Shown here in pieces: positions 24,896-37,691 of a DNA stretch of 64,000 bases. The position numbers and the translations under genes were made by a program. How positions within the stretch are numbered: position 1 is the first letter of the stretch; each line of letters opens with the position of its first letter. A model generated the notes under the pieces. The model did not search any database. It saw only the letters and a program-made list of their open reading frames with translations, and was not told the DNA's origin. This stretch comes from Mobula hypostoma (Eukaryota), in the NCBI RefSeq assembly GCF_963921235.1, contig NC_086097.1, positions 150,786,001 to 150,850,000 of the forward strand, written 5' to 3'.

Positions 24896-25170
24896 TTGGA
24901 CAATTGAAGTGCTTTTTTAATACGCTTTAAATTTGACATAGCATTCACAACCTTCCTTTGCTACTTGAAATTTGCCTGTTACGATAAGGCAAAAAAACAG
25001 CCCCAACTTAGGAGGATAATTAAAACTCATAGAAATCCTGCAATAAGTATTCAGATTCTTTATTATCTATTGGAGGAAAAAAGTTAGAAAGCAGCATGTT
25101 TGATTTACGTCCAAGCTTGTTCCGTAGGAAAGCCGGCAGCTTTCATCCCTTTAAAGGAAATAAAGGAAAG

Positions 25171-25305
25171 CCTCCATCCCTTTATTTCATGGTCCACTGT
25201 TCTCTTATCAAGTTCCTTTTTCTGCCCTTCGCCTCTTCCACCTATCACCTGCTAACTTCTCACACCATTCCCTTTCATTGCCCCTTACCCACCTACCTAG
25301 CTTCT
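25171..25305 (+). repeat. 135-bp inverted copy of 23623-23757
   Basis: Reverse complement of 23623-23757 with about 3 mismatches by eye. Confidence 0.85.
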
Positions 25306-25569
25306 ACATGCAGCAGTAGAAATGACAGAACAAGACATGGGAAGAAGAGAGATTCTGGGGAGTGAGACTGTTGGAAGGTAAGATGATGAGAGCTGGGAGA
25401 AGAGTTGCAGAGGGGGTGTGGGTTTTAAGAGGTATTAATGGTTGTGGGGAACCATGTGAAGATAAGGGGGCATCATAAAGGTCGAGGCGGCCAGACCAAT
25501 CATGAAATGGGCTAAAGGGAAGCTTACTAGGCCAGAGGACTGTATATCCTAGCCTACACGATGTATAAG

Positions 25570-26000
25570 AGCATAAGACCCAAAGATATAGGAGCAGTAT
25601 TCGACAATTCAACCCATTAAGTCTGTTCTGCCATTCAATTACAGTCAAATTTTTTAACCCATGCTCCCACCTTCACCTTACCAGTCAAGAGTCTATAAAT
25701 CTCCTCCTTAAATACACCCAATTATTTGGAAACGATAGTCCTCTGTGACAATTAATTTCACAGATTCACCACCACTCTCTGGCAGAAGAACTTCCTCTTC
25801 ATCTCAATCTTAAAGGGATGGCCCTTTATTCTGAAACCGTGCCTTCAGATCCTAGACACTCCTACAAAATCAAAGCATCTTTTTCACATTCACTCTATTT
25901 GGGTCTTTCAGTATCCAGCTGATTTCAATGAGATTCACTCTCATCCTTCTGAACTCCATTGAATGGCAGCTCAGAAACCACAAATTCTCCTTATACGTTA
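25570..26000 (-). repeat. Decayed CR1 3' end
   Basis: CATAAGACCCAAAGATATAGGAGCAG tail and an EFRRMRVNLIE-like remnant. Confidence 0.65.
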
Positions 26001-26889
26001 AACAAATATCAAAGTATCTATTGTGAAAGCTTATTATAAAATAAATTAACTTAAAGTGTACAATGATTCTCACCATCTGACAATTTGTAATAAATGTTTG
26101 ATCTTATATTCTATCTCTCTTAGTTCAGATCAACTGGATTCTGAATTGCAATTACATACTTCCGGTCAAAATGGTATCAAGCTATGTTCTTTGTTGGGGT
26201 TGTGGCTCAGGTTTAGCTTTTTTTTTAAAGTTCATAGGGTGGCTTTAGGGACAGAGAGGAGAATTGGGGGTCAAATTAGGGTTTAGGGACAGGGATGTGC
26301 TGGAGTCAGAAGTCACATTACAGTATAAGGACAGGGATATAGAGGAGTTAGAAGTCAGGCCTCCACACTCGAAGGCCAGCAACATGTACGTGTGATGAAG
26401 AGCATCCATGGATGTTGGGTTGGCAAGCACTGTAGATGATGACAAGAAAGATGTAGGTCAGTGGGTCTTGGGATTGGAAGCCCAAGAGAACAGGGTGCAC
26501 AAGAGTCCAGAATTCACGATCCTGGGGTCACCACTGAAGCCCAAAGGTTGATTGGAAGCCTGGAAGTCCAAGACCAGTGCTGAAGCCTTGAGTCTATGAG
26601 TCTGAAGTCTATTGGGAAAGTCAAAGGTCCATTGTCTGTGAGCTTGCTGGAGACCCAAAGGCCTGTCCTGGGTTTGCAGGACTGTTTGTGTAGGTGGATG
26701 GATATGCGGGAAGGAGGAAAGGGGCTTGTGTTGCTCCCTAAATCCCTTAGCCTTGCCTTTTATTCTTACAGGAACGTACAGTTTCTGTATTCTCAATAAT
26801 TCACTTTTGAAAACCTCCTACTTGTTATGCACACCTTTGCTGGAATACAGCCTATCCCAATTCACACTTGCTAGATCCATTCTGATGCC

Positions 26890-29800
26890 TCCTAATTACA
26901 ATGGGGGATAAAAAATGCATGTCAAAAAGGCAATGTAACAATAGTCATGGGGGATCTCAATACACAGGTAGATTGGGACTATCAGGTTGGTGTTGGATCA
27001 CAAGGGTGGTAATTTGTAGAGTGCTGATGAGATGGCTTTATAGAGGAGCTTGGGGTTGAGCCCACCAGGGGAAAGGCGATTCTAGATTGGGAGTTGTGTA
27101 ATGAAATGAATTTGATTAGAGAGTCTAAGGCAAAGGAACTCTTAGGAGTCAGTGATCATAATATGATAGATTTCACCATGCAATTTGAGAGAGAGAAGCT
27201 ACAGTCAGATGTATCAGTATTACAGAGAAGTCAAGGGAATTACAGAGGTGAATGGCAGGGGACACTAGTAGGGATGACAGCAGAACAGCAATGGCTAGAA
27301 TTTCTGGGAGCATTTCAGAAGGTGCAAAATAGATACATCCCAAAGAAGAAGTAGTATTCTAAAGACAGGATGGTGCAATTGTGACTGACAAGCGAAATCA
27401 GAAACAGCATAAAAGCAAAAGAGAGGGCAAATAATGGAACAAAAATTACTGGTAGGTTAGAGGATTGGGAAGCTTTTAAAAACCAACAGAAGGCAACTGA
27501 AAAGCCATAAGAAGGGAAAAGATGAAATATGAAGGTAAGCTAGCCAGTAATACCAAAGGAGGTAACAAAAGTTTTTTCAGATACATAAGACCATAAGACC
27601 ATAAGATATAGGAGCAGAAGTAGGCCATTCAATCATGGGCTGATGCAATTCTTCCAGTCATCCCCACTTCCCTGCCTTCTCCCTTTACCTTTTGATGCCC
27701 TGGCTAATCAAGAACCTATCTACATTTGTATCTCTGCCTTAAGTGCACCCAATGACTTGCTCTCCACAGACGCTCGTGGCAACAAATTCCACAGATTTAC
27801 CACCTTCTGACTAAAGTAATCTCTCCTCATCTCTGTTCTAAATGAACATCCTTCAATCCTGAAGTTGTGCCCTCTTGTCCTAGATTCCCCTACCATGGCT
27901 CTAATCTGTTCAGGCTTTTTAACATTTGGAATGATTCTATGAGATCTCCCCTCATTCTCCTGAACTGCAGGGAATACAGCCCAAGAGCTGCCAGACGTTC
28001 CTCATACAGTAACCCTTTCATTCCTGGAATCATTCTCGTGAATCTTCTCTGAACCCTCTCCAATGTCAGTATATCCTTTCTAAATTAAGGAGCCCAAAAC
28101 TGCACACAATACTCCAAGTGTTGTCTCACGAGTGCCTTATAGAGCCTCAACATCACATCCCTCCTCTTATATTCTATACCTTTAGAAATGAATGCCAACA
28201 TTGCATTCACCTTCTTCACCACCGAGTCAACCTGGAGTCAACCTTTAGGGTATCCTGCACAAGGATTCCCAAGTCCCTTTGCAGCTCTGCATTTTGAATT
28301 CCCTCTCCATTTAAATAATAGTCTGCCTGTTTATTTCTTCCACCAAAGTGCATGACCATACACTTTCCAACATTGTATTTCATTTGTCACTTCTTTGCCC
28401 ATTCCCCTAAACTATCTAAATTTCTCTCCAGGCTCTCTTTTTTCTCAACACTACCTGCTCCTCCACCTATCTTTGTATCGTTAGCAAATTTAGCCACAAA
28501 TCCATTAATCCTACAGTCCAAATCATTGACATATATTACAAAAATCAGCGATCTCAACACCGACCCCTGTGGAACTCCACTGGAAACCGGCAGCCAGCCT
28601 TTATTCCCACTCTCTGTTTTCTGCCGATGAGCCAATGCTGCACCCATGCTAGTAACTCCCCTGTAATTCTATGGGCTCTTATCTGCTAAGCAGCCTCATA
28701 TGCGTCACCTTGTCAAAGGCCTTCTGAAAATCCATGTACACCACATCTACTGCATCTCCTTTGTCTATCCTGCTTATAATTTCCTCAAAAAATTGCAGTA
28801 GGTTAGTCAGGCAAGATTTTCCTTTCAGGAAACCGTGCCAGCTTTGGCCTGTCTTTTTATGTGCCTCCAGGTACTCCATAATCTCACTCCTAACATTTGA
28901 TTCCAACAACTTCCCAACCACCGATGTCAAGCTAACAGGTCTATAGTTTCCTTTCTGCTGCCGCCCACCCTTCTTAAATAGTGGAGTAACATTTGCAATT
29001 TTCCAGTCATCTGATACAATGCCAGAATCTATTGATTCTTGAAAGATCATCGTTAATGCCTCTGCAACCCCTCCAGCTATTTCCATCAGAACCCGACGGT
29101 GCATTCCATCAGGTCCAGGAGATTTATCCACCCTCTGATCATTAGGCTTCCTGAGCACCTTCTCAGTCGTAATTTTCACTGCACGTACTTCACTTACCGG
29201 ACACTCTTGAATGTCCAGTATGCTGCAGCTGTCTTCCACTGTGAAGACTGGTGCAAAATACGCATTCAGTTCCTCTGCCATCACTGCGTTTCTCATTACA
29301 ATATCTCCAGCATCATTTTTTATTGGTCATATATCTACCCTCAATTCTCTTTTACCCTTTATATACTTAAACAAGCTTTTAGTATCTCCTTTGATATTAG
29401 TCGCCAGCTTCCTTTTATAATTCATCTTTTCCTTGCTAATGACCTTCTTAGTTTCCTTCTGCAAGTTTTTAAAAACTTTCCAATCCTCTATCTTCCCACT
29501 AGCTTAGGCTTCCTGTATGCCCTCTCTTTTGCTTTTACTTTGGCTTTGACTTCACTTGTCAGGCACAGTAGTGTCCTTCTTCCATTTGAAAATTTCTTCT
29601 TATTTGCAATATATCTGTCTTGCACTTCCCTCATTTTTCACAGAAACTCCAGCCATTGCTGCTCTGCTGTCTTTCCTGGTAGTGTCTCTTGGCCATTTCC
29701 TGTCTCATGCTATTGTAATTTCCTTTATTCCACAGAAATACTGACACATTGGAATTTAATTTCTCTTGCTCAAATTTCAAAGTGAACTGAATCATATTGT

Positions 29801-30390
29801 GATCACTGTACCCCAAGGGTTCCTTAACCTTAAGCTCTCTTATCACCTTTGCATCATTGCACAACACCCAATCCAGCACAGCCGGTCCCCTAGTGGGCTC
29901 AACAACAAGCTGTTCTAAAAAGACTCTGGTCCTGGGCACTTTTCTACCTTCAGACCATTGAGCATATAAAGAGCAAAAGAGAGGCAAGATCAGATATCAG
30001 ACTGCTGGAGAGATACACTAGTAATGGGGGACAAGAAAATGGTGGACAAACTAGGTAAATATTTTGCATCAGTCTTCACTGTGGAAGAGACTAGCAGTAT
30101 GCTATAAGTTCGAGAGTGTCAGATGACAGAAAAGAGTGAAATTGGTGTTACTAGGGAGAAGTGCCTGAGGTGCTCAAAGGTCTGAAGGTAGATAAGTCAC
30201 CAGGACCAGTGGACTACTCCCCATGGTTCTGAAAAAGGTGGCTGCAGAGATTCTGGAGTTATTAGTACTGATCTTTCATGAATCCATTAATTGTTTCATG
30301 GTTCCAGAAGAATGGAAAATTGCAAATGTCACTCCGCTCATCAAGAAAGGAGGGAGACAGAAGAAAGGTAATTATATTCCAGTTGGACTT
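26890..30390 (+). mobile_element. Decayed plus-strand CR1 ORF2 fragment, split by a younger CR1 insertion
   Basis: EN/linker remnants at 26890-27585 (KELLGVSDHNMIDF). The sequence resumes at ~29960-30390 (YFASVFTVE, VDKSPGP, WKIANVTPL). Confidence 0.75.
27585..29920 (-). mobile_element. 5'-truncated CR1 LINE nested in the opposite-strand CR1
   Basis: (ATAAGACC)n tail at ~27585. RT fragments at 28679..29296 (YMDFQKAFD) and 28387..28647 (PQGSVL...FAND). EN fragment at 29631..29987 (GYSDHNMI). Confidence 0.85.
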
Positions 30391-30429
30391 GGTCTGTGAT
30401 GTTAAATTGGAGTCAGGCCAATTTTGATG

Positions 30430-30920
30430 GCATAAGACCATAAAATATGGAGCAGAATCAGGCCACTTGGCCCTTTGAGTCGGCTCCTCCACTTCATCAT
30501 GGCTGATCCATTTTACCTCTCAATCCTATTCTCCAGCTTTCTCCCCATAGCCTTTCACGCCCTGACAAATCAAGAACCTATCAACCTCCACCTTAAATAC
30601 ACCCAAAGACCTGTCCACAAAAGCTGCGTCTGGCCAAGAATTCCACAGATTCACCATCCTCTGACAAAAGAAATTCCTCCTCGTCTCCATTATAAATGGA
30701 TGTCTCTCTGATCTGAGGCTGTGTTCCTTTGGTCCTACACTCCCCCACTATAGGAAACATTCTCTCCACATCCACTCTATCTATGCCTTTCACCATTTGA
30801 TAGGTTTCAATGAGAGCACCCCCACTCTTCTAAATTCCAGCAAGTACAGGCTGAGAGCCATCAACAGCTCCTCATACCATAACTCTTTCATTCCTGGAAT
30901 CATTTTTGTGAATCTCTAGT
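30430..30920 (-). repeat. CR1 3' end fragment
   Basis: CATAAGACCATAAAATATGGAGCAG tail and a KGIDRVDVERMFP remnant. Confidence 0.7.
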
Positions 30921-30985
30921 AGTTTGCTTGTGGGTCTGTGTCCAAGGAGTGGGGGGCCAGAGGCAGACTGCCCTGGAGTTGAAGG

Positions 30986-31184
30986 TAAATACAAAATAAT
31001 CTGCAGATGCTGGGGTCAAAGCAACACTCACAACACGCTGGAGGAACTCAGCAGGTTGGGCAGCATCCGTGGAAAAGATTGGTCGACGTTACGGGCCGGA
31101 ACCCTTCATCTGGACTGTACAGGGAAGGGGCAGAGGCCCTATAAAGAAGGTGAGGGGAGGGTGGGAAGGAGAAGGCTGGTAGGT
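30986..31184 (-). mobile_element. Short PLE 3'-tail insertion with a 15-bp TSD
   Basis: TSD CCCTGGAGTTGAAGG at 30971-30985 and 31185-31199. Contains a mutated hammerhead motif (CAGATGA...GTAA). Confidence 0.8.
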
Positions 31185-31434
31185 CCCTGGAGTTGAAGGC
31201 CTGTCTGTGTGTGAGAGTGGATGGTTGGGTGGGAAAGGGGCTTGTTTTGCATTTGTTGTCTTGCTTTGTTTCTTTCTTGTTGTTATTGTTGTTTGTATTA
31301 TTTTGCTGAACATTGTGGGCATGCTATGTTGGCGGTGGAACGTGTGGGCTGCCTTCAGCACATCCTTGGGTGCATTGGTTGCCATGTAAATGTAAATGTT
31401 GATGTACATGTGATAAACCAATCTGAATCTGAAT

Positions 31435-32220
31435 GCCCTAATTTCATTTGCCTTACCTACAATAGTCCTTGCATTGGCATAAAAGCCTCTCATAAAAATA
31501 GTCCCACAGAGTGAACTAACCTGTCAGTTTCTGTATTTGCTTGTAAGCTTAATATCTGTTGTCCCCACAACCACTCCACTTGCTCCCCTACCACTCTGGC
31601 TCCCACCATCTGCAACTCCGATCTCCCACTAGTAAATCCTTCCACAAGAATATCACTTCCCCTCCAGTTCAGGTGCAAACTCCTGTTCGTGCAGGTCCCA
31701 TCCACCCTGGAAGAGAGCCCAATGATCCAAGAATCAGAAGCTTTCCTTCCTGCATCATCTCCTTAGCTACATGTCAAGCTGCACCAGCTTCCTATTTCTT
31801 GCCTCACTAGCTCGTGGCATGGGTAGCAATCCTGGGATCACCACCTTGGGGTCCTGCTTTTCAGCTTAACTCCTAACTCCTTGAACTCCCTTCACAGGAC
31901 CTCAGCACCCTTCCATGCTACTTATGTGGACCATGACTTCTGACTGCTCAGCCTCTCTTAGGTGTGGACTAAATCTGACCCTGGCACTTGGGAGGCAATG
32001 TACCATCCAGAAGCTTTGTTATCATTAATGGTCTGTTTCCCAAACCAGTGAATCCTGTATTTACTGACACACTCCTCTTTACCCCCCTTCTGAGTCACAG
32101 AGTCAGACTCAGTGCCAGTGACCTGGCCACTGCGGCTTTCCCCTGGTAGGTCGTTTCACAATTCTCCCCTATCACTGCCCCACAGCAGTATCCAAAACAG
32201 TATACTTGTTATTGTTATTG
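31435..32220 (-). repeat. Decayed CR1 ORF1/ORF2-start fragment
   Basis: FYANARTIVGKANEIRA and LHLNWRGSDIL remnants are homologous to 11700-12400. Confidence 0.65.
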
Positions 32221-33179
32221 GCAAACTTCCTTCTCCAATCAGTAGTGATGCTGACTCCCACTCCCCTGCAAGGCTGTCAAAATCACAACCATGGAGACTA
32301 CTGAAAAGAAGACTATAAAACATAGGAGCAGAATTAGACCACCTGGCCCATCCAGTCTGCTCCACCATTCAATCATGGCTGGAAGTTTTTTTCTCTTCTC
32401 CTCAACCCCAGTTCCCGGCTTTCTCCCAGTAAATAAGACCTTGACTGGTTTGATTTTTCAAGTTCCTTCTGTTATGTTGCTAGATTCAAGATCCATTAGA
32501 CTGCTCACCTGGAATATCATTTTAAATATTGCATGAAACATGGAGATGTGGGGTTTAATTCAATAAAAGGAGGACATCTTGCCCGCAGTGTTCATGCTAG
32601 CAAATAGAGACCAGACCATCATTTTCCCATTTCTCAGGTCTCAGTTCATAAAGTACACTATAGGATTCAGTCAAGAAATTGGTAATTGGTTTACTACTGT
32701 TACCTGTACCTCCATACAATAAAAATCTTTTATTTGCATGTCATCAGAAAAATTATTCTATACAAAAGTACACCGTGATAAAATACAATGAAAAGAAAGA
32801 ATGTAGAATATAGAGCCGCAGTTACAGTGAAAGTGCAGTGCAGGCAGAGTGTGGAATGGCTTTGGGCTTGCTGACCATGAAGGTTCCAAACTCAAACAAA
32901 GATCTTAAACCCTATCAGATATAAGTAGTCATGGATACTCTTCGTAAAGGGGGATAATACTGTAACTACCAAATCTTCAAAACTTAGTTAATTCCTTGTT
33001 TATTCTCCATGGCCAGTTTTAGCTGCCAATATCCACTGCTTTAGCAGGAGAAGATACTTTTCTCAAACAATTAATTTATTTACAGTGATACACTTTTGAA
33101 TCCACACATTCTCAAAACACATTTAAAACTCACCGAGTTTTAGATATCTGTTTTAAATGTCTATTTCCCAATTATAAAT

Positions 33180-33735
33180 GGCACATCATCAAAAACTTTG
33201 GCAAACTTCTATAGATGTGTGGTGGAAAGTGTGCTTACTAGCTGCATTATGGCCTGGAATGGAAACACCAATGACTCTGAGTGGAAAATCCTACAAAAGG
33301 TAGCGGATTCAGCCTGGTAAATCATGGATAAAACCCTCCCAACCATTAAGCACATGAAACTATCAAAGATCCTCACCACCCAGGGCATGCCCTTTACTTG
33401 CTGCTGCCATCAGGCAGACGGAACAGGTGCCTCAGGGCTCGCAGCAGCAGGTTTAAGAACAGCTACTACTCCTCAACCACCAGGCTCTTGAACAAAAGGC
33501 TATAGCTACACTTACTTACCTTGTTATTTCATGCTCGTTAGTTATTGCTATTTATTCATTATCTGCATTTGCACACTTTGTTTACACTTCATATTTCCTG
33601 ATGTTTACAGTTTACAGATCCTATTTACAGTTACTGTTCTATAGATTTGCTAAGTATGCCCACAAAAAAAGAACTTCAGGTTTGTATATAGTGTCAGGTC
33701 TGTACACTGATAATAGATTTTACTTTGAACTTTGA
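33180..33735 (+). repeat. Rex1/Babar 3' fragment
   Basis: AACTTCTATAGATGTGTGGTGGAAAGTGTGCTTACT (NFYRCVVESVLT-like) and a tail ending TTTACTTTGAACTTTGAAC. Confidence 0.65.
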
Positions 33736-34524
33736 ACAAACTGGTTCTAAAATACAAAGCATTTTTCAAACTCAAAGAATTTCCAAAACAGGGGTACAAT
33801 TTCTATAAACTAAAAAGACATACCATGATGCAGATAAACAAGACATCTATAGCAGAGGCTGAAGATAGAGGAATTAATCCTATTCTCCCCCATCTTCCTA
33901 TCACTCTTCTTGATATTCTTCAACCATTCTTAATAAGCCTGAACTGCTTTCTACATTTATACCCCCTTTCTACCACTTGAGTGACTTCACACATATATGT
34001 TATTTCCTCAGATGACACCAATGGTCTAAAAGCATTAATGCTGTAAATCTGTGAAACTAACTTCCTTGAGCACATAAAACCTTTCTACTGGAAACACATC
34101 ATAGTTATTGATATGCTAAATAATATTATCCATCTGTTCTGCAAGCTTCCTTGAACCAAACAACTTAAGAGTCAGCTTGTCTGATTGAAACAACCTGAAT
34201 TAAACAACCCATTGTCTTATACTCCATGGTGAGCAGTAATAAAGTAGGTGTAGTAGACTTAATCTTACTTCTTCCAGACAGAATGTCTACTATCCACAAA
34301 TCTTGTTTGCAAAACAGGTCTTTGTAGATAATACTTGTTGTTCTGCCTTTAGAGGTGCTGTTTGCTTTCTATGCAGTTTGTTTTCTGTTTTCTGCAAACA
34401 TCACTTCCTATTCCTGTTCGTAGGCTGTTCTTTTACATCATTTCCTGTGCAGGTTAATTTGAATTTCAAATTGGAGTAAACACAGTTGAAAGAAAAAGAA
34501 TCCAGTGCTTTCCTGGTATATATA

Positions 34525-35075
34525 ATGAATAAACTCTTTTCGGGCTTCCAGCCAGGTACAGGTATCGATTAAAACCAACATTTTGATGACAAGCTCTGGC
34601 ATCTTCTTCATGGATGATGCCTGGGTATGTCTAGTCCAGTGGTATCTATACCCTCGCAGTCCAACCCTCCTGATTGGCTAGTCCTTATTCAATCAGGTTT
34701 CTGTTCTCCCAGCTTGTTTACAATTAAATTCCATTTCTAACTTAATGTGAGACCTTCATTTTCGTTAAAATTCTTTTCCTCTGATTTTATTTCAATTACT
34801 TCCTTTACCAGGCTGTCCCAAAAGCCGTTGGCACAGCATAGTAGTTTTGTGCCGTCAAAGTCAATCCTATCACCATTGCAAATGCAATGTTCTGTGACCA
34901 CTGATTTCTCTAGGTACCCCAAACAGATACTGTACACCTCCTGTGCTCCTTGATGCAGGTTTCCACCATGCATCCTATCTGGTCAATATATGCAGCTCCA
35001 CATTCACAGGGAATCCTGTAAATGCCAGCTGCCTAAGTCCCGTGTCATCTTTGACTCACAGCTTATGCATGGTGG
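34525..35075 (-). mobile_element. Penelope/Poseidon-like PLE 3' fragment (GIY-YIG C-terminus, decayed hammerhead)
   Basis: ORF 34737..34973 reads SVVTEHC...IDFDGTKLL...LVKEVIEIK...NFNENEG. A decayed hammerhead-like motif lies at ~34575-34615. Confidence 0.7.
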
Positions 35076-35740
35076 AAACCTGTGCCTTCCAAATTACTTC
35101 CAGAAATTCCAGTCATTGCTGCTCTGCTGTCATCCTTGCCAGTGTTCTTTTCCAATCAAATCTGGCCAACTCCTCTCTCATGCCTCTGTAATTCTCTTCA
35201 CTCCACTGTAAACGGATACATATGACTATAGCTTCTCCTTCGCAAATTTCAGGGTGAATTTGATCATATTATGATCACTGTCCCCTCAGGGTTCTTTTAC
35301 CTTAAGCTTTCTAATCAATTCTGGTTCATTGCACAACACCCAATCCAGAAGAACTGATCCTCTAGTGGGCTCAACCATGAGCTGCTCTAAAAAACCACCT
35401 TGATTTCCATGGAAATTCCCCCTCCTGTAATCCAGCACCAACTTGATTTTCCCAATCCACCTGCATATGGAAGTCCCCCGTGACTATTGTAACATTGCTC
35501 TTTTGGCACGCATTTTCTATTTACCACGTAATTTGTAGACTTACTACTGTTTTGGGATCTGTATACAACTCCCAACAGGGTCTTTTAACCCTTGCAGTTC
35601 CTTAGCTCTATCCACAATGATTCAACACCTTTTGACCCTATGTCACCTCTTTTCAATGATTTGATTTCATTTTCTACCAACAGAGCAATGCCGTCACCTC
35701 TGCCTTCCTGCTTGTCCTTTCAATTCAAAGTGTATTTAAT
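35075..35740 (-). repeat. Decayed CR1 endonuclease fragment
   Basis: GVVYRS and SDHNM-like remnants homologous to 26890-27250 and 29630-29920. Confidence 0.65.
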
Positions 35741-36673
35741 CTAATACACATTTTACTTAACTTTCTTCAGTTTCAAAAAGTTTTCTCCTTAAAAACCTTG
35801 AAGAAAGCTTCTGGCTCGGATACTTTTTTCAGAAGGTATTTAACTCCCTGCTTAGGGAGTTTGTATGCAACACAGAGTGCAATTGATTTGTTTTGACTTC
35901 AAGGTGTTTAGTGCTCGTCATTTACATTTTATGAACTGAAGACTGACTTCCCTTTACAACCTGAAGTCAAACAACTGTTAGTTGAAAGTTTACTTACGTC
36001 TGTTTGTGATCTTACAAGTGGCAGATGTTGTGTTTAGAAAGCAAGCTTAGCAGCAACTAAGAAGTGAATATCCATTACAAGAGCACGGACCACAATGTGT
36101 TAGAATAGGATATCAAGAGTTCATCTTTAAGAGGTGCATTCAAGAGTCTATAACAGTACAGTGGAAGCTGTCTTAGCACCCAGTGGCATGTATTTTCCAG
36201 CTTCAGCACAGTTTCAACTTCAGTGAATTTCAAATACACTCTTCTCTTGATGAGAAGAATTCTCTTCAATTCTCTTCTGTAGTTTCATGGACCACTCAGA
36301 AATCTGAATGCAGAAGGGAAGAAGCTCTCCTTAAAATTCTGCATGTGGGTCATTAGGCTCTTGCACCTCCTCCCTGATGGTAATAATGACAAGAGTGATT
36401 GTCCCGGACAGTGAAGTTCCTTAATAATGGATACTGCCTTCTTGAGCCACTACCTTTTGGAGATGTCCTTGACAGCGGGGAGTCTTGTAGGACTGATAGA
36501 GCTATCTGACTCTACAACCCTCTGCAGCATTGGAGCCTCCATGCCAAACGACGATGGAACCAGTCAAAATGCTCTCCATGGTACGTCTCTAGAAATTTGA
36601 TGACATACCCACTCTCCTCAAACTCCCAATAAAGATGTTGGTGTACCTTCTTCGTATTTGCATCAATATGTTG

Positions 36674-37691
36674 GCGGTCCAACATATTATTCTCCGTAAT
36701 TTCCGTCACCTCCAACAGGATCCCACCACCAAGCACATCTTTCCCTCCTCCCGTCTTTCTGCTTTCCACAGGAATCACTCCTTATGCAAATCTCTTGTCC
36801 ATTTGTCCCCCCATCCCATCTCAACGATCTTCCTCCTGGCACTTATTCTTGTAAGTGGAACAAGTGCTACATATGCCCTTACACTTCCTCCCTCACCACC
36901 ATTCAGGGCCCCAGACAGTCCTTCCAGGTGAGGCGACACTTCACCTGTGAGTCGGCTGGGGTAATATACTGTGTCCAGTGCTCCCGTTGTGGCCTTCTAT
37001 ATGTTGGCGAGGCCTGATGCAGGCTGGGAGTCCATTTCGCTGAAAACTTATGCTTTGTCTGCCAGAGAAAGCAGGATCTCCCAGTGGCCACTCATTTTAA
37101 TTCCACGTCCCATTCCCATTCTGATATGTCCATCCACAGCCTCCTCTACTGTCAAGATGAAGCCACACTCGGGTTGGAGGAACAACATCTTATATTCTGT
37201 TTGGGTAGCCTCCAACCTGATGGCGTGAACATTGACTTCTCAAACTTCTGTTAATGCCCCACCTTCCCTTCGTACCCCATTCCTTATTTATTTATTTAAA
37301 ATATTTTTTTCCCCCTTTCTTTCTCTTTTTTCTCCCTCTGTCCTTCTCGCTATATCTTCCCCTGGTGCTCCCCTCCCCCTTTCTTTCCCCCTAGGCCTCC
37401 CGTCCCGTGATCCTCTCCTTTCTCCAGCCTTGTATCTCTTTTGCTTATCAACTTTCCAGCTCTTAGTTCCATCCCTCCCCCTCCTGTCTTCTCCTATCAT
37501 TTCAGATCTGCCCTCCCCCTCCCACTTTCAAATCTCTGACTATCTCTTCTTTCAGTTAGTCCTGATGAAGAGTCTCGGCCTGAAACGTCAACTGTACCTC
37601 TTCCTATGGATGCTGCCTGGCCTGCTGCGTTCCACCAGCATTTTGTGTGTGTTGCTTGAAATTCCAGCATCTGCAGATTTCCTTGTGTTTC
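36674..37691 (+). mobile_element. Neptune-type PLE 3' portion (Cys-rich linker, GIY-YIG endonuclease, 3' tail)
   Basis: ORF 36784..37017 reads PGTYSCKWNKCYICPY...FTCESAGVIYCVQCSRCGLLYVGE. This gives a C-x4-C-x2-C linker and a VIY...YVG GIY-YIG signature. The tail carries a hammerhead motif. Confidence 0.85.
37557..37594 (+). ncRNA. Minimal hammerhead ribozyme motif (core intact, mismatches in stems I and II)
   Basis: TAGTC-CTGATGA-A-GAGT-CTCG-GCCT-GAAA-CG-TC-AACTG. Confidence 0.6.

Noticed and set aside
37015..37017. In-frame TGA just after the GIY-YIG YVGE motif as possible selenocysteine
   Set aside because: The position fits an Arg codon (CGA>TGA CpG decay) in a degenerate copy, and I recognised no SECIS element.
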